Of a stretch of DNA of 64,000 nt, positions 1 to 8,551 are shown one piece after another. This DNA is from a virus (lineage: Duplodnaviria; Caudoviricetes), in IMG/VR virus record IMGVR_UViG_3300044675_007236; one strand, written 5' to 3'. A program made the position numbers and the translations under genes. Under the pieces are notes generated by a model. It saw nothing but the letters and a program-made list of their open reading frames with translations, was not told where the DNA came from and did no database searches. Within the stretch, counting starts at the first letter, position 1, and every line of letters begins with the position of its first letter.

Positions 1-238
1 CCACAGATAGTCACCAACTTTTACGTCTTTTGCGGCTATCGTTATTGTATAAGCCATTTCAAGTCTTCTTTCTTAGTATCGGGCTCCAGCCGAGATACTA
101 ACAGGTGGTTCTTTTCCTTTTTTCAATGCGTCTTTTTCCAGCCTGCGGAACTTACGTTTCGCTTGCTTGGTTTTCAACTTGACATTAGGCAAATGCTGAA
201 TGCATTTGTCCCACGCTTCTCGACACAACTTGTACGGA

Positions 239-496
239 CTAGGTATTGCGTTGCTTTTTCCTGTGTTCTTGGCAGCACTCGCCGCTGCAGTAAGCGTTGT
301 TGTGTTGCTTTTCTTTGCCGCAGTTAAGGCACGGCCTTTTAGTTATCTCCGGTTCGCCCCGCGGTTGTCCGCCCCACCCATACATGCCGTTGTAATTAAC
401 CAGCATTGCAGCTGCCATCGCTGAGTGCATTTGCAGCTTACTCCTTATTCCAAGTCTGTGGTATTTTTGTACTTCTGTTTCTTTGTTTTCATTCAT
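239..496 (-). CDS. Hypothetical protein with C-terminal Zn-finger-like motif
   Basis: CLNCG...YCSGECC motif; start taken at MNENK (496), adjacent to the upstream stop. Confidence 0.6.
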   Translation of the reverse strand: MNENKETEVQKYHRLGIRSKLQMHSAMAAAMLVNYNGMYGWGGQPRGEPEITKRPCLNCGKEKQHNNAYCSGECCQEHRKKQRNT

Positions 497-848
497 CTTT
501 TTTAGTTCCTGTTTCAGTTTCTGTTTCAATGTTCAAATCTTCGACACTAAACCTAGGCGTTCTGCATACAGTGTAAAAATAATCGTTGCCCAGGTTGGCT
601 AGTCGGGAAACTGCTAAAGCCGTAATTACGGATTTAGCAAACCATACCGCCAACCTGGTGTCTTGACAGCACATGACAAGAGTGCACAGGAGTGCAACCC
701 AGGGAGACAGGCAAAAACAGCAAACCAGGAGTTCTCCTAGTTTACTTGTCCAAGTTTCTACTATTGCGCGGGGTGTCGCAAACAGTAAGGAGTGATGCCA
801 TATCTCGACGATTTGCCATGTTGCCAAGGCTGCAACGATTAGTTCCAC
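489..848 (-). CDS. DUF1360-like membrane protein
   Basis: Hydrophobic helices with WQIVEIW and LLVCCFCLSPWVA (CxxCxSxW) motifs. Confidence 0.6.
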   Translation of the reverse strand: MELIVAALATWQIVEIWHHSLLFATPRAIVETWTSKLGELLVCCFCLSPWVALLCTLVMCCQDTRLAVWFAKSVITALAVSRLANLGNDYFYTVCRTPRFSVEDLNIETETETGTKKDE

Positions 849-852
849 GTGA

Positions 853-987
853 TTACCCGTTTACTATTTTTATAGAAGCAAATAGCAACAAAAATGCCAT
901 AATACCTAAACCGATTTGGCCTGAAAGCATCAGATACAAACCAGCACACAGTAAACCAAGAAACCAAACTGCAATCGCGTTATCCAT
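853..987 (-). CDS. Small two-helix membrane protein (not in ORF track)
   Basis: Hand-translated MDNAIAVWFLGLLCAGLYLMLSGQIGLGIMAFLLLFASIKIVNG*; GAGG 8 nt upstream of ATG. Confidence 0.6.
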   Translation of the reverse strand: MDNAIAVWFLGLLCAGLYLMLSGQIGLGIMAFLLLFASIKIVNG

Positions 988-1207
988 TGTTATCATCCTC
1001 TGAAATTGTCGGAGGAGACCAACTATTTAAGCTAACTCTATCAGAGGGAGGTGCTCCTTCGCCTGCTATTAACTCTTCCAGAGGTTTGCCGCTAGGCACC
1101 TCGGTTTGATTGACTAGCAACTGCGGTGGAGAAAATGAGGACGACGGCCAATTCAGCGGTCGCAATTGTTTTCTCCGGCTAAAGGCGAAAGAACTTCTGG
1201 TCGGCAT
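980..1207 (-). CDS. Hypothetical Pro/Ser-rich protein
   Basis: Strong GGGGAGG Shine-Dalgarno upstream of ATG; tiles with neighbours. Confidence 0.55.
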   Translation of the reverse strand: MPTRSSFAFSRRKQLRPLNWPSSSFSPPQLLVNQTEVPSGKPLEELIAGEGAPPSDRVSLNSWSPPTISEDDNNG

Positions 1208-1227
1208 TGTGGCCTCCCCTCTGTGGG

Positions 1228-1374
1228 TTACTCTTTGTTATCTTGTCCAAAAACCATATTATGGACGGCGGCGACGGTCATTAAAAGACCGGCACCTATC
1301 AAAATTACGGACTTGGCGGCAAACGATGCCACCCCGATTATTGCTTTGGCTGTGAGAGACAGCAAGTCAAACAC
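1228..1374 (-). CDS. Small membrane protein (not in ORF track)
   Basis: Hand-translated from GTG: VFDLLSLTAKAIIGVASFAAKSVILIGAGLLMTVAAVHNMVFGQDNKE*. Confidence 0.45.
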   Translation of the reverse strand: MFDLLSLTAKAIIGVASFAAKSVILIGAGLLMTVAAVHNMVFGQDNKE

Positions 1375-1393
1375 AGTATCACTTAGCTTAAAA

Positions 1394-4300
1394 ATGACAT
1401 CCTCCTACGATTTGATTAAAAATGCCAGAATGACCTCTAGCGAGGTCATGGCAGAAGAACAAGCACACGATCCTTACGTTATCAGCGAAACTAAGCTGGT
1501 AAACGTAGCTCGGCAGATGGGCTACAAGCCGTCTGCATCGACAAGCCTTGTGGAACGCAGATTACACTTGGCGGATTTTATGCTGAAATCGTCGGGATAC
1601 CCGACGCTTCAGCCACTTCTTCCGCTACTGCTTTCCATCAGGGGCAAGCCCTATCACTTACATGATCACTTTCCGTTTGCTCCTTTCTTTAGAACGAGAA
1701 TGGCACGGACGACGCTGCTAAAAACGGGCCGTCAAGTGAGTAAAAGTACTTCACTGGCAGCTCAAGGTGTTTTGTTCTCAAACTGCATACCGTACTTCAG
1801 TACGCTTTTTCTTACGCCTTTGTTTGAAATGATCCGGCGGTTTTCTCAAAACTACGTCGCAGAATTCATTACAACAAGCCCTGTAGGCCGACTGTTCACT
1901 GACGAAACTACCGTGAACAACGTACTACAACGTTCGTTTAAGAATAGATCTAAGATGATCTTTTCTTTTGCCTACCTGGACGCCGAGAGAACTCGAGGTA
2001 TCTCTGCCGACAAAAACTGCCTCGTCGGAAATACCATGTTGGAGCTTTCTGACGGTAACTTTGTCGCCATAAAAAATGCTAAACCAGGCATGGCTGTACT
2101 TTCTACGGATAAGAATGGTACAATCAGTACCGATGTAATAACTGAGGTGCTGTATCACGGCGTGCAGCCTGTTTTTGAGGTTAAGTTTTCCGGCGGTGAA
2201 GTTGTACGGTGTACTGCAGATGAGCGATTTAGAACAGCCAGCACAAAACAGTGGAAATATTTGGCAGAGCTTGTACCAGAACTGCTCGAATTCCAAAACG
2301 GACAAGCGAAAGCGGAACCAGGACAAACCTTTAAGCTACCCGCAGAAACAAATGCTACTAGGTTGCTTACTAGGCGATTCCGGAATAGCTCAAGCTTCAA
2401 AAACCTCAAATTACCGAATATATTTCAGACACGGACTGAAACAAAAACAGTACTGTCAGGACAAAGCCGACACTTTGGCCGAGTTTGTTTCAACCCAACC
2501 GAAAGAAGTGCTCAACCGAGGCTACGGAAAAAAGTCGGTAATATTTGCTACTGTTTCAAGTCCTGCGTTTCTGGAAATAGCTCGAACTGTCACCGTCGAA
2601 GGCAAAAAAACGGTAACTACAACTTGGGCAAATCAACTGGATTGGGCGGCAATAGCTTATTGGTACATGGACGACGGAAGCTGCGGTGCTCGAAGAAGCA
2701 ATTGTGTTTTTCATACACAAGGGTTTTCAAAAGCCGAGTGCGAAATACTTTCAAGCCGATTAAAAGAGCTGGGCATCTACAACAAGGTGACGCCTGTAAA
2801 AAACAAAAATCAAGCCAGGCCGTATTACGTGCTTTGTCTAACTGCCGAGAGTTCTCGAAAATTAGCGCTAAATATTGCACCTTGGGTGCATCCGTCTATG
2901 CGTTACAAAATCCCAAGACAAAAAGAAACAGTAATCTGTTCAATGTGTGGATCGATTTTTTCGGGTCGAAAAGACCAGCTGGAGGCAAAAGAAGCTATTT
3001 GCAAAAAAGAAAATTGCAAAAAACTTCGACACAGAAAGTTGAATTTGGAATATCGCGAAAGAAAGAGAGCTGCGAAAGTTCGGTTATAACTTGTGTAACC
3101 TATGTCGGCTTACGTCCAACTTGGGATATAAACACAGCGAAGTATCATTCATTTTTTGCTAACGGTGTAAATTGCCATAACTGTATAGACGAGATCCAGG
3201 ACATGGATATCTCGTTTCTACCTGTTATTCACGAGACTATTTCTGCCTCACGCTCTTGGGGAATCAAGCAATATGCTGGAACTCCCAAGACACTTGACAA
3301 CACAATCGAGCGGCTTTGGATAGATAGTTCCATGGCCGAGTGGATTATCAAATGCCCTCACGGAGGCTGCGGTCACTGGAATATTCCTTCACTAGATCAC
3401 GATCTTCTCAAAATGATCGGACCGGTTCACGACGGCATTAGCGACACGTGTCCAGGTGTTATTTGTGCTAAGTGTGCAAAACCAATCAATCCAAGACCAC
3501 CCTACCAGGGCGGAACTGGACGGTGGTTGCACCGGCATCCCGATAAGCGTTGGAGCTTTGCTGGCTACCATGTGCCTCAGCTTATCATGCCTATGCACTA
3601 CGCTAGCCGCGAGAAGTGGCAAACGCTAGTCGATAAACGAGATGGCAAAGGTAACACACCTATCCACGTTTTTTACAACGAAGTATGCGGCGAGTCGTGG
3701 GACTCAGGTAGCAAGCTTGTAACCATTACAGATCTCAAACGTGCTGCGTGCCTGCCGTGGAAAAATACCATGGAGACAGCTCGAAATAACATCGACGGCT
3801 ATTTGTACCGCTTTGTGGCCGTTGACTGGGGTGGAGGTGGCGTTAGCAACGGTAAAAGCGATCTTGCGTTGCAGTCTTACACTTCGATTGCGGTATGCGG
3901 TCTTTGTCCTGATGGTCGCGTGGACGTTATTTACGGGTACCGAAGTATGACACCGCACGAGCACGAACGCGAAGCCGGTTTGATTTTGAACATCATGGGA
4001 GCTTTCAAGTGTTCTCACGTTGTTCACGATTACACAGGAGCCGGTACAGTGCGAGAAACGCTGCTAGTGCAGGCTAGGCTTCCTCGAGAAAGGATTCTTC
4101 CTGTGGCCTACACTGGGCCTGCCAAGGGTGGTTTGATAGGTTACAAACCTGCAAACCCGAAACACCCTCGAGATCACTATGTAATGGACAGAAATCGAGC
4201 TTTGAATTACTGCTGTCAATTCATCAAAGGTGGGGTTATTAGATTCTTCGAATACGACTACAAAGGATCAGATGATGTCGGTCTTTTGCACGACTTTTTG

Positions 4301-4525
4301 AATTTAATCGAAGACAAAGCCGAGTCTGGATCCGGCAGGGACACTTACAAGATTTTGCGAGATCCTGCCGGACCTGATGACTTTGCACAAGCTGTTACCA
4401 TGGGCTCAATGATGCTGTTCCAAATGGCAGGTAGGTTTCCAGACCTATCAGCCTACAAGGACATAGAGATAAGCGACGATGTGCTACTCTCTACCCAGGG
4501 TATTAAGGACATGGATTGGTACTAG
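1394..4525 (+). CDS. terL: Terminase large subunit (gpA-like), intein-containing
   Basis: Walker A-like LLKTGRQVSKST; Walker B reconstituted after intein removal (GISADKN|CIDEIQD); Cys-rich zinc ribbon CPHGGCGH...CAKC; nuclease motif VAVDWGG. Start moved to ATG 1394 (1430 and 1448 also possible) because 1166-1374 overlaps minus-strand genes. Confidence 0.9.
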   Translation: MTSSYDLIKNARMTSSEVMAEEQAHDPYVISETKLVNVARQMGYKPSASTSLVERRLHLADFMLKSSGYPTLQPLLPLLLSIRGKPYHLHDHFPFAPFFRTRMARTTLLKTGRQVSKSTSLAAQGVLFSNCIPYFSTLFLTPLFEMIRRFSQNYVAEFITTSPVGRLFTDETTVNNVLQRSFKNRSKMIFSFAYLDAERTRGISADKNCLVGNTMLELSDGNFVAIKNAKPGMAVLSTDKNGTISTDVITEVLYHGVQPVFEVKFSGGEVVRCTADERFRTASTKQWKYLAELVPELLEFQNGQAKAEPGQTFKLPAETNATRLLTRRFRNSSSFKNLKLPNIFQTRTETKTVLSGQSRHFGRVCFNPTERSAQPRLRKKVGNICYCFKSCVSGNSSNCHRRRQKNGNYNLGKSTGLGGNSLLVHGRRKLRCSKKQLCFSYTRVFKSRVRNTFKPIKRAGHLQQGDACKKQKSSQAVLRALSNCREFSKISAKYCTLGASVYALQNPKTKRNSNLFNVWIDFFGSKRPAGGKRSYLQKRKLQKTSTQKVEFGISRKKESCESSVITCVTYVGLRPTWDINTAKYHSFFANGVNCHNCIDEIQDMDISFLPVIHETISASRSWGIKQYAGTPKTLDNTIERLWIDSSMAEWIIKCPHGGCGHWNIPSLDHDLLKMIGPVHDGISDTCPGVICAKCAKPINPRPPYQGGTGRWLHRHPDKRWSFAGYHVPQLIMPMHYASREKWQTLVDKRDGKGNTPIHVFYNEVCGESWDSGSKLVTITDLKRAACLPWKNTMETARNNIDGYLYRFVAVDWGGGGVSNGKSDLALQSYTSIAVCGLCPDGRVDVIYGYRSMTPHEHEREAGLILNIMGAFKCSHVVHDYTGAGTVRETLLVQARLPRERILPVAYTGPAKGGLIGYKPANPKHPRDHYVMDRNRALNYCCQFIKGGVIRFFEYDYKGSDDVGLLHDFLNLIEDKAESGSGRDTYKILRDPAGPDDFAQAVTMGSMMLFQMAGRFPDLSAYKDIEISDDVLLSTQGIKDMDWY
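2018..3181 (+). mobile_element. Intein (388 aa) in terminase, inserted just before the Walker B motif
   Basis: Block A CLVGNTMLELSDG at 2018; block B-like VRCTADERF; block F TYVGLRPTWDI; block G FFANGVNCHN followed by Cys+1 at 3182. Confidence 0.9.
2220..3089 (+). CDS. LAGLIDADG homing endonuclease nested out of frame inside the intein
   Basis: Two LAGLIDADG helices (MLLGCLLGDSGI; IAYWYMDDGS), FHTQGFS motif, C-terminal CxxC...CxxxxC. Frame differs from terL. ATG 2220 has GGTG 8 nt upstream; TAA at 3087-3089. Confidence 0.88.
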   Translation: MSDLEQPAQNSGNIWQSLYQNCSNSKTDKRKRNQDKPLSYPQKQMLLGCLLGDSGIAQASKTSNYRIYFRHGLKQKQYCQDKADTLAEFVSTQPKEVLNRGYGKKSVIFATVSSPAFLEIARTVTVEGKKTVTTTWANQLDWAAIAYWYMDDGSCGARRSNCVFHTQGFSKAECEILSSRLKELGIYNKVTPVKNKNQARPYYVLCLTAESSRKLALNIAPWVHPSMRYKIPRQKETVICSMCGSIFSGRKDQLEAKEAICKKENCKKLRHRKLNLEYRERKRAAKVRL

Positions 4526-4540
4526 CTTTACGATTTCTCG

Positions 4541-5044
4541 TTACTCTATTTCAATCCCGTTAGCAGTGACAGTAAGAATCCTACCGTTGGGCAGCAGAAT
4601 TCTATCGTTAGGCTTAGCAACAAGATCAGCGGCTGGCTTTGTTTGCTCCTGCTTGCGTCGGTACCAGATAGCTTCGAGTTGCTCGCCGGTCAACTTTGTC
4701 GATGCAACCCACTTAACACCGTCCCACCACTCGTCGTTGGCTTCTAGAGTCTCGTGCGGATATTTTCCGAGCAGCGTGTAGCCTTTACCCGGCTCAGGCT
4801 TTTTGAGCCACCAGGACTGCGGCTCGTAGACTTGGCATTGAGACCAACACATGCCTCCGTCGCACTTGAAGTGGCCTCGTTCCCATCCAACAAGCATCAG
4901 GTCGTACCCGTCACCGTCGAGGCAGACCCAGTTTTGAGTTTTGTCATCCCTAAATCTAGCCACTTTTCCGTTGTTGGTTCTTACGATCTCCGCAACATCC
5001 ATATCCGTCGCGTCTCTGTAAAACGCTTCAATCTTTGTAGTCAT
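4541..5044 (-). CDS. Hypothetical protein (Trp-rich)
   Basis: ORF; AGGAG upstream of MTTKIEAF. Confidence 0.65.
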   Translation of the reverse strand: MTTKIEAFYRDATDMDVAEIVRTNNGKVARFRDDKTQNWVCLDGDGYDLMLVGWERGHFKCDGGMCWSQCQVYEPQSWWLKKPEPGKGYTLLGKYPHETLEANDEWWDGVKWVASTKLTGEQLEAIWYRRKQEQTKPAADLVAKPNDRILLPNGRILTVTANGIEIE

Positions 5045-5088
5045 CGTGATAATTCTCCTTATCGGCGATTGCCGAAAATAAATTTGAA

Positions 5089-5538
5089 CTAACGCATACC
5101 GACTTCTTTTCGGCTCGCGCAAGAACGCTCGTAGTCTCGTTTTTCAACACTAGACATTAAACCTAGTTTGTAGCGTAAGCGTTTAGATAAATCTTGCTTG
5201 CAGTATTTACAACCGTACTTAGAACCTATGCGAGCTCTAATGCTAGCAAGAACAGCCATGTACGGTTTTACATCTGGCAATAGACTGTACTTACGCAAAC
5301 AAAAGAAAGCGGCGTCCAAGTGGTTAATAACGCGTATTTGGTGGTAAAATCTAGCACTAGCTTTTTCAGCCTCTAAAGCTAGTTTTATATGTTTAATGAA
5401 CAATTTTTTAGCTTCTTTTAACGCTGTTTGCCGATCCAGCGATGCTTTAAAACTATCAGAATTACTCGAATCAATTTCAAGTTTAGTCAGGTTCACAGAT
5501 ACGCCAATCTCCAGAAAGGTTTTCGATATTACACTCAC
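5089..5538 (-). CDS. Hypothetical protein
   Basis: 149-aa ORF tiling the minus strand; CKYC motif. Confidence 0.55.
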   Translation of the reverse strand: MSVISKTFLEIGVSVNLTKLEIDSSNSDSFKASLDRQTALKEAKKLFIKHIKLALEAEKASARFYHQIRVINHLDAAFFCLRKYSLLPDVKPYMAVLASIRARIGSKYGCKYCKQDLSKRLRYKLGLMSSVEKRDYERSCASRKEVGMR

Positions 5539-5992
5539 ACCATTCAGCAGTTGCTTTTTCTTCGTTTAAATCAAAAGCTTCGCCGTATTTTTCCCATGCA
5601 ACATCTTCACATGTGCTCGGATCATCAGTTACAGCTACCAGCCGACAAAGTGCTAATCTCTCTGCCAATGCGCGACGACGGCTGCTAGGTACAGTTTCAG
5701 GTACGTATATTTCTACGATACCTTTAAACGAAACGTGCACCTTGATTTGCTCTGAAGGTTTTGGTTCGAACTCAATCAAATCTTCGAATTCAAATGTTCT
5801 TCGTTGAACTGTGGATTCTACGAACGCAGCGATGTATCCGCGTCGCAACGCTTCGACATGCGGTCCGGTTAGGTACCTGGAAAATACCAGCGAGATTGCT
5901 GCCTGGTAAACCATTGCCGGTTCTTGTTGCAGTAAGTCGGCAAGACCCAGCTTTGTGAAAATCTTAATTTCGTTGGTTGAAAAGTTACTCAT
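5483..5992 (-). CDS. Hypothetical protein
   Basis: ORF; start MSNFSTNE overlaps the upstream stop. Confidence 0.6.
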   Translation of the reverse strand: MSNFSTNEIKIFTKLGLADLLQQEPAMVYQAAISLVFSRYLTGPHVEALRRGYIAAFVESTVQRRTFEFEDLIEFEPKPSEQIKVHVSFKGIVEIYVPETVPSSRRRALAERLALCRLVAVTDDPSTCEDVAWEKYGEAFDLNEEKATAEWCECNIENLSGDWRICEPD

Positions 5993-6180
5993 GCTTTGTA
6001 AGTAATGCAAAAAGCAAGGAAGTAGCATAGAAACACTAACACGGACGCCATGCTGCCGATTGCGACACCCTTTAAAAATTCACCACGGTAAGCGTATAGC
6101 GTGGTGTTACCTATAAAAACACCAAAAGATAAGCCAAAACCGTATAAGTATTCATTCATATTTTTTTCATGTTTTTTCAT
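5989..6180 (-). CDS. Small two-TM membrane protein
   Basis: Two hydrophobic segments. Confidence 0.55.
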   Translation of the reverse strand: MKKHEKNMNEYLYGFGLSFGVFIGNTTLYAYRGEFLKGVAIGSMASVLVFLCYFLAFCITYKA

Positions 6181-6187
6181 TAGAGGT

Positions 6188-6472
6188 TTACTTTACTTCA
6201 ACTCCGTTTGCCGTTGCAGTTGCGAGTTGATATGTTTCATCAGACACATAGGAAAGAGAGCTGAAACCGCTCAGTGAATAGCCGATCAACTGTGCGAACT
6301 GTTCGCGGTCTTCGTTTGACCAGTTCATATAGCCTAGTTGATTCATATCAAAAGGACCGGCATCTAGTAAGAACTTTACAATCGCGTTTTTCTTGAAACG
6401 TAAAGTACCGTCAGTATCTTTTTCTAGCGGTTGAACCGGGTGTCTTGCAGTTTTGGCGGAAGAGTTACTCAT
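6188..6472 (-). CDS. Conserved phage hypothetical protein
   Basis: RFKKNAIVKFLLD...EQFAQLIGYSLSG, a motif recalled from small phage proteins. Confidence 0.65.
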   Translation of the reverse strand: MSNSSAKTARHPVQPLEKDTDGTLRFKKNAIVKFLLDAGPFDMNQLGYMNWSNEDREQFAQLIGYSLSGFSSLSYVSDETYQLATATANGVEVK

Positions 6473-7098
6473 GACGATACCTCCATCATTCTAATAACCC
6501 GGTCTTCACCTACGTATACACGTTGTTTTTCAAAATGTTCAGGGCTAGGTTTGATACCATTTAGAGCTAGTAGTTTTGAAAAAACTTTCACAGCTTCAGC
6601 TTTGTTTTTGCAAAGCTTAGCTTGCCCATCTAAACCATCTTTGCTGATTTCCAACACCACCCAAGCTTTGTTTTCTTCAACGTTTTTAGCAACTGAAACC
6701 TTGGTTTCTTCGATTTCTTGCGGCTTGCCCCAGACAGGATTTTTTACAATCTGAAAGCCAAGCTTTCGAAAAGCTTGCTCGCAATCAGTCTTTTTCATTT
6801 TAGGCGACAGTTTGTGTTCTTCGCATTCGTAGAAGCCAGGAATGTTAAAACCCAAACAGGTGTCCGGAATGAAACCATTAGCTGCCCAGAATGGTTTAGG
6901 TGCAACGCTCCACACTTCTTCTACCCAGTCTGACTCTTCGCCGTCCTCTGCATCGTAGTTAAAGTCATCTTCGGCGGAAAATATAGCCACCCATTTTGTG
7001 AAATCAGGCTTCCAATTTTTTTGTTTAACCCAATCGCCAGCTTTGTTTTTACGCAGCCCGTAAAATTCCGAAAACTGTTCTTCCGTAAGCTCAATCAT
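6469..7098 (-). CDS. Hypothetical protein
   Basis: 209-aa ORF, AGGAG upstream, ATGA-coupled to the next gene. Confidence 0.7.
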   Translation of the reverse strand: MIELTEEQFSEFYGLRKNKAGDWVKQKNWKPDFTKWVAIFSAEDDFNYDAEDGEESDWVEEVWSVAPKPFWAANGFIPDTCLGFNIPGFYECEEHKLSPKMKKTDCEQAFRKLGFQIVKNPVWGKPQEIEETKVSVAKNVEENKAWVVLEISKDGLDGQAKLCKNKAEAVKVFSKLLALNGIKPSPEHFEKQRVYVGEDRVIRMMEVSS

Positions 7099-7123
7099 GA
7101 TTTACTCCTGGTTTGTGTGATTA

Positions 7124-7480
7124 TCAACGGCTAACTGAAACGTCGGCTTCTGGATAAGCCAGACAAGCTCCAATATAAGATTTGATGAAAGGTATGAAAT
7201 CTTTGTACGTACCCCAACCATTTGTCGCATTAAAGGTTTCAAATCTAGCACGATCGCTCTGCATTAAAGCTAAACCGGCTGTTAGTGGTTCGATTAGCTG
7301 CTTCGCTTTTTCGATACCAATTTCTTCAGGCCGCCAAAGATGCTCGTATATTCCAGCTTCTTTGGCCATTTTTCCTAGGTTGTGCGTGATGTTTGAAGTA
7401 TACAGCTCCATAGTTTCTGCTGAGACATTGGCAGTGGATTGACCGGGTTTCGGTACGGTTAAACTAACATCTAAACTCAT
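7124..7480 (-). CDS. Conserved phage hypothetical protein
   Basis: MSLDVSL...NITHNLGKMAKEAGIY...NGWG motif; GAGGAG upstream. Confidence 0.7.
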   Translation of the reverse strand: MSLDVSLTVPKPGQSTANVSAETMELYTSNITHNLGKMAKEAGIYEHLWRPEEIGIEKAKQLIEPLTAGLALMQSDRARFETFNATNGWGTYKDFIPFIKSYIGACLAYPEADVSVSR

Positions 7481-7483
7481 GTT

Positions 7484-7669
7484 TTACTCCTCAGGTAAAT
7501 GTAAATTTGCTGTTTCAACTTCTTGTTGTGAGTCTAGCTTAAGTTCGATGTTGAAAACTTCGTCATCGCTTACTAAATGTCGATTATAGTAGTCGACGTT
7601 AATTAGTTTGCAGAGTTTTTCCCATGCAAATAGCATGTCTAACTCTTTTAGTGTGCCCGTTATTTTCAT
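7484..7669 (-). CDS. Small hypothetical protein (MKITGTL...)
   Basis: True start at the GGAGGTGGGCGAATG junction, not 7978. Confidence 0.65.
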   Translation of the reverse strand: MKITGTLKELDMLFAWEKLCKLINVDYYNRHLVSDDEVFNIELKLDSQQEVETANLHLPEE

Positions 7670-7827
7670 TCGCCCACCTCCTTTCTTGCCTTGGTTATTC
7701 TGCATTGCTGTCGGAAAAAAGCAGATTCCGCTTTGCCCCGAGTCGAATCGCGCAGTGTTCGGTAGTCCAGTTTTTTTCGGTATAGACTGAGCCTTTCGAC
7801 TATCTTCCCGGCTTGCCTGATCTTCAT
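7666..7827 (-). CDS. Small basic protein (MKIRQAG...RKEVGE), paralog B (not in ORF track)
   Basis: Hand-translated 53 aa; GGAGG SD and ATGA coupling at both ends. Confidence 0.65.
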   Translation of the reverse strand: MKIRQAGKIVERLSLYRKKLDYRTLRDSTRGKAESAFFRQQCRITKARKEVGE

Positions 7828-8012
7828 TCGCCCACCTCCTTTCGTCGCTTGCGAAAAATCCCCATCGCTTCTGCGTACCTATAATCAACAGCCTTGACGT
7901 AATAATCAACAGCCTTGACGTAAGTTGCTTTTTTGATTCGGTAAAAATAGCTATCTGATTTTCGCTCTCGATGCGCACGCTTCCAGATTTTTCTTGCTTG
8001 CCTGATTTTCAT
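7824..8012 (-). CDS. Small basic protein (MKIRQAR...RKEVGE), paralog A
   Basis: 62 aa; contains a 21-bp tandem duplication (YVKAVDY x2). Confidence 0.65.
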   Translation of the reverse strand: MKIRQARKIWKRAHRERKSDSYFYRIKKATYVKAVDYYVKAVDYRYAEAMGIFRKRRKEVGE

Positions 8013-8551
8013 TCGCCCACCCACTTGTGTTTTTCCCAAACGAGACGCTGTGGCGCGTGACCGCCGGTACCGTCTTCGTCCGTGTCCGGAGAATCCGAAC
8101 AACCGTAGTCACCGTCCGCTGTTGACCAGTCCGGACAACCTCCGCCAACTAGAAGATCAACATAAATAGTTTCGCCGCAGTGCTTGCACGTTGATTCTGC
8201 CCCTTCTACATTAGACAGAAAGCTGTCAAGAAACTTTTCGGCACCATATTCCTGCAGCCAACTCAACCAGTTTTGTTTGTCTTGTTTCAACCTGTTCAGT
8301 TTTTCGGTCTCAATGACTTGTGCTTTATTTTCGTTTTCCTGGCAGTAATCTTTAGCTACGTGCAGTGAATCAAAAACAGTTGCAGATGACAACAACGTTG
8401 GCCTTGGTATGTGTCGTTCGATACCGATCGGAAACACTACGGCGAATCGACCTTTTTCAGTCATCAAAATATGCCAATAACACTCGGGTTTATCTCGTTC
8501 TGCGAACCAATTCCCGCGATCAAAACTCCACACTAATTGTTTTTCAGTCAA
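8009..8551 (-). CDS. Hypothetical protein with C-terminal Cys motif
   Basis: CKHCGE...GGGCPDW...YGCSDSP; ends VGE* at the shared junction. Confidence 0.65.
   Translation of the reverse strand: MTEKQLVWSFDRGNWFAERDKPECYWHILMTEKGRFAVVFPIGIERHIPRPTLLSSATVFDSLHVAKDYCQENENKAQVIETEKLNRLKQDKQNWLSWLQEYGAEKFLDSFLSNVEGAESTCKHCGETIYVDLLVGGGCPDWSTADGDYGCSDSPDTDEDGTGGHAPQRLVWEKHKWVGE

Noticed and set aside
1166-1393. N-terminal extension of the terminase ORF in the track
   Set aside because: It overlaps two plausible minus-strand genes (980-1207 with a strong SD, and 1228-1374) and has no terminase-like sequence.
2220-3089. Two compensating frameshift errors explaining the out-of-frame endonuclease
   Set aside because: Errors would not leave the terL frame stop-free for about 290 codons, and the endonuclease has its own start and stop. 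Not formally excluded without reads.
7880-7922. 21-bp tandem duplication (YVKAVDY x2), and the 26-bp repeat in 27036-27452
   Set aside because: Ordinary in-frame slippage duplications with no further significance evident.
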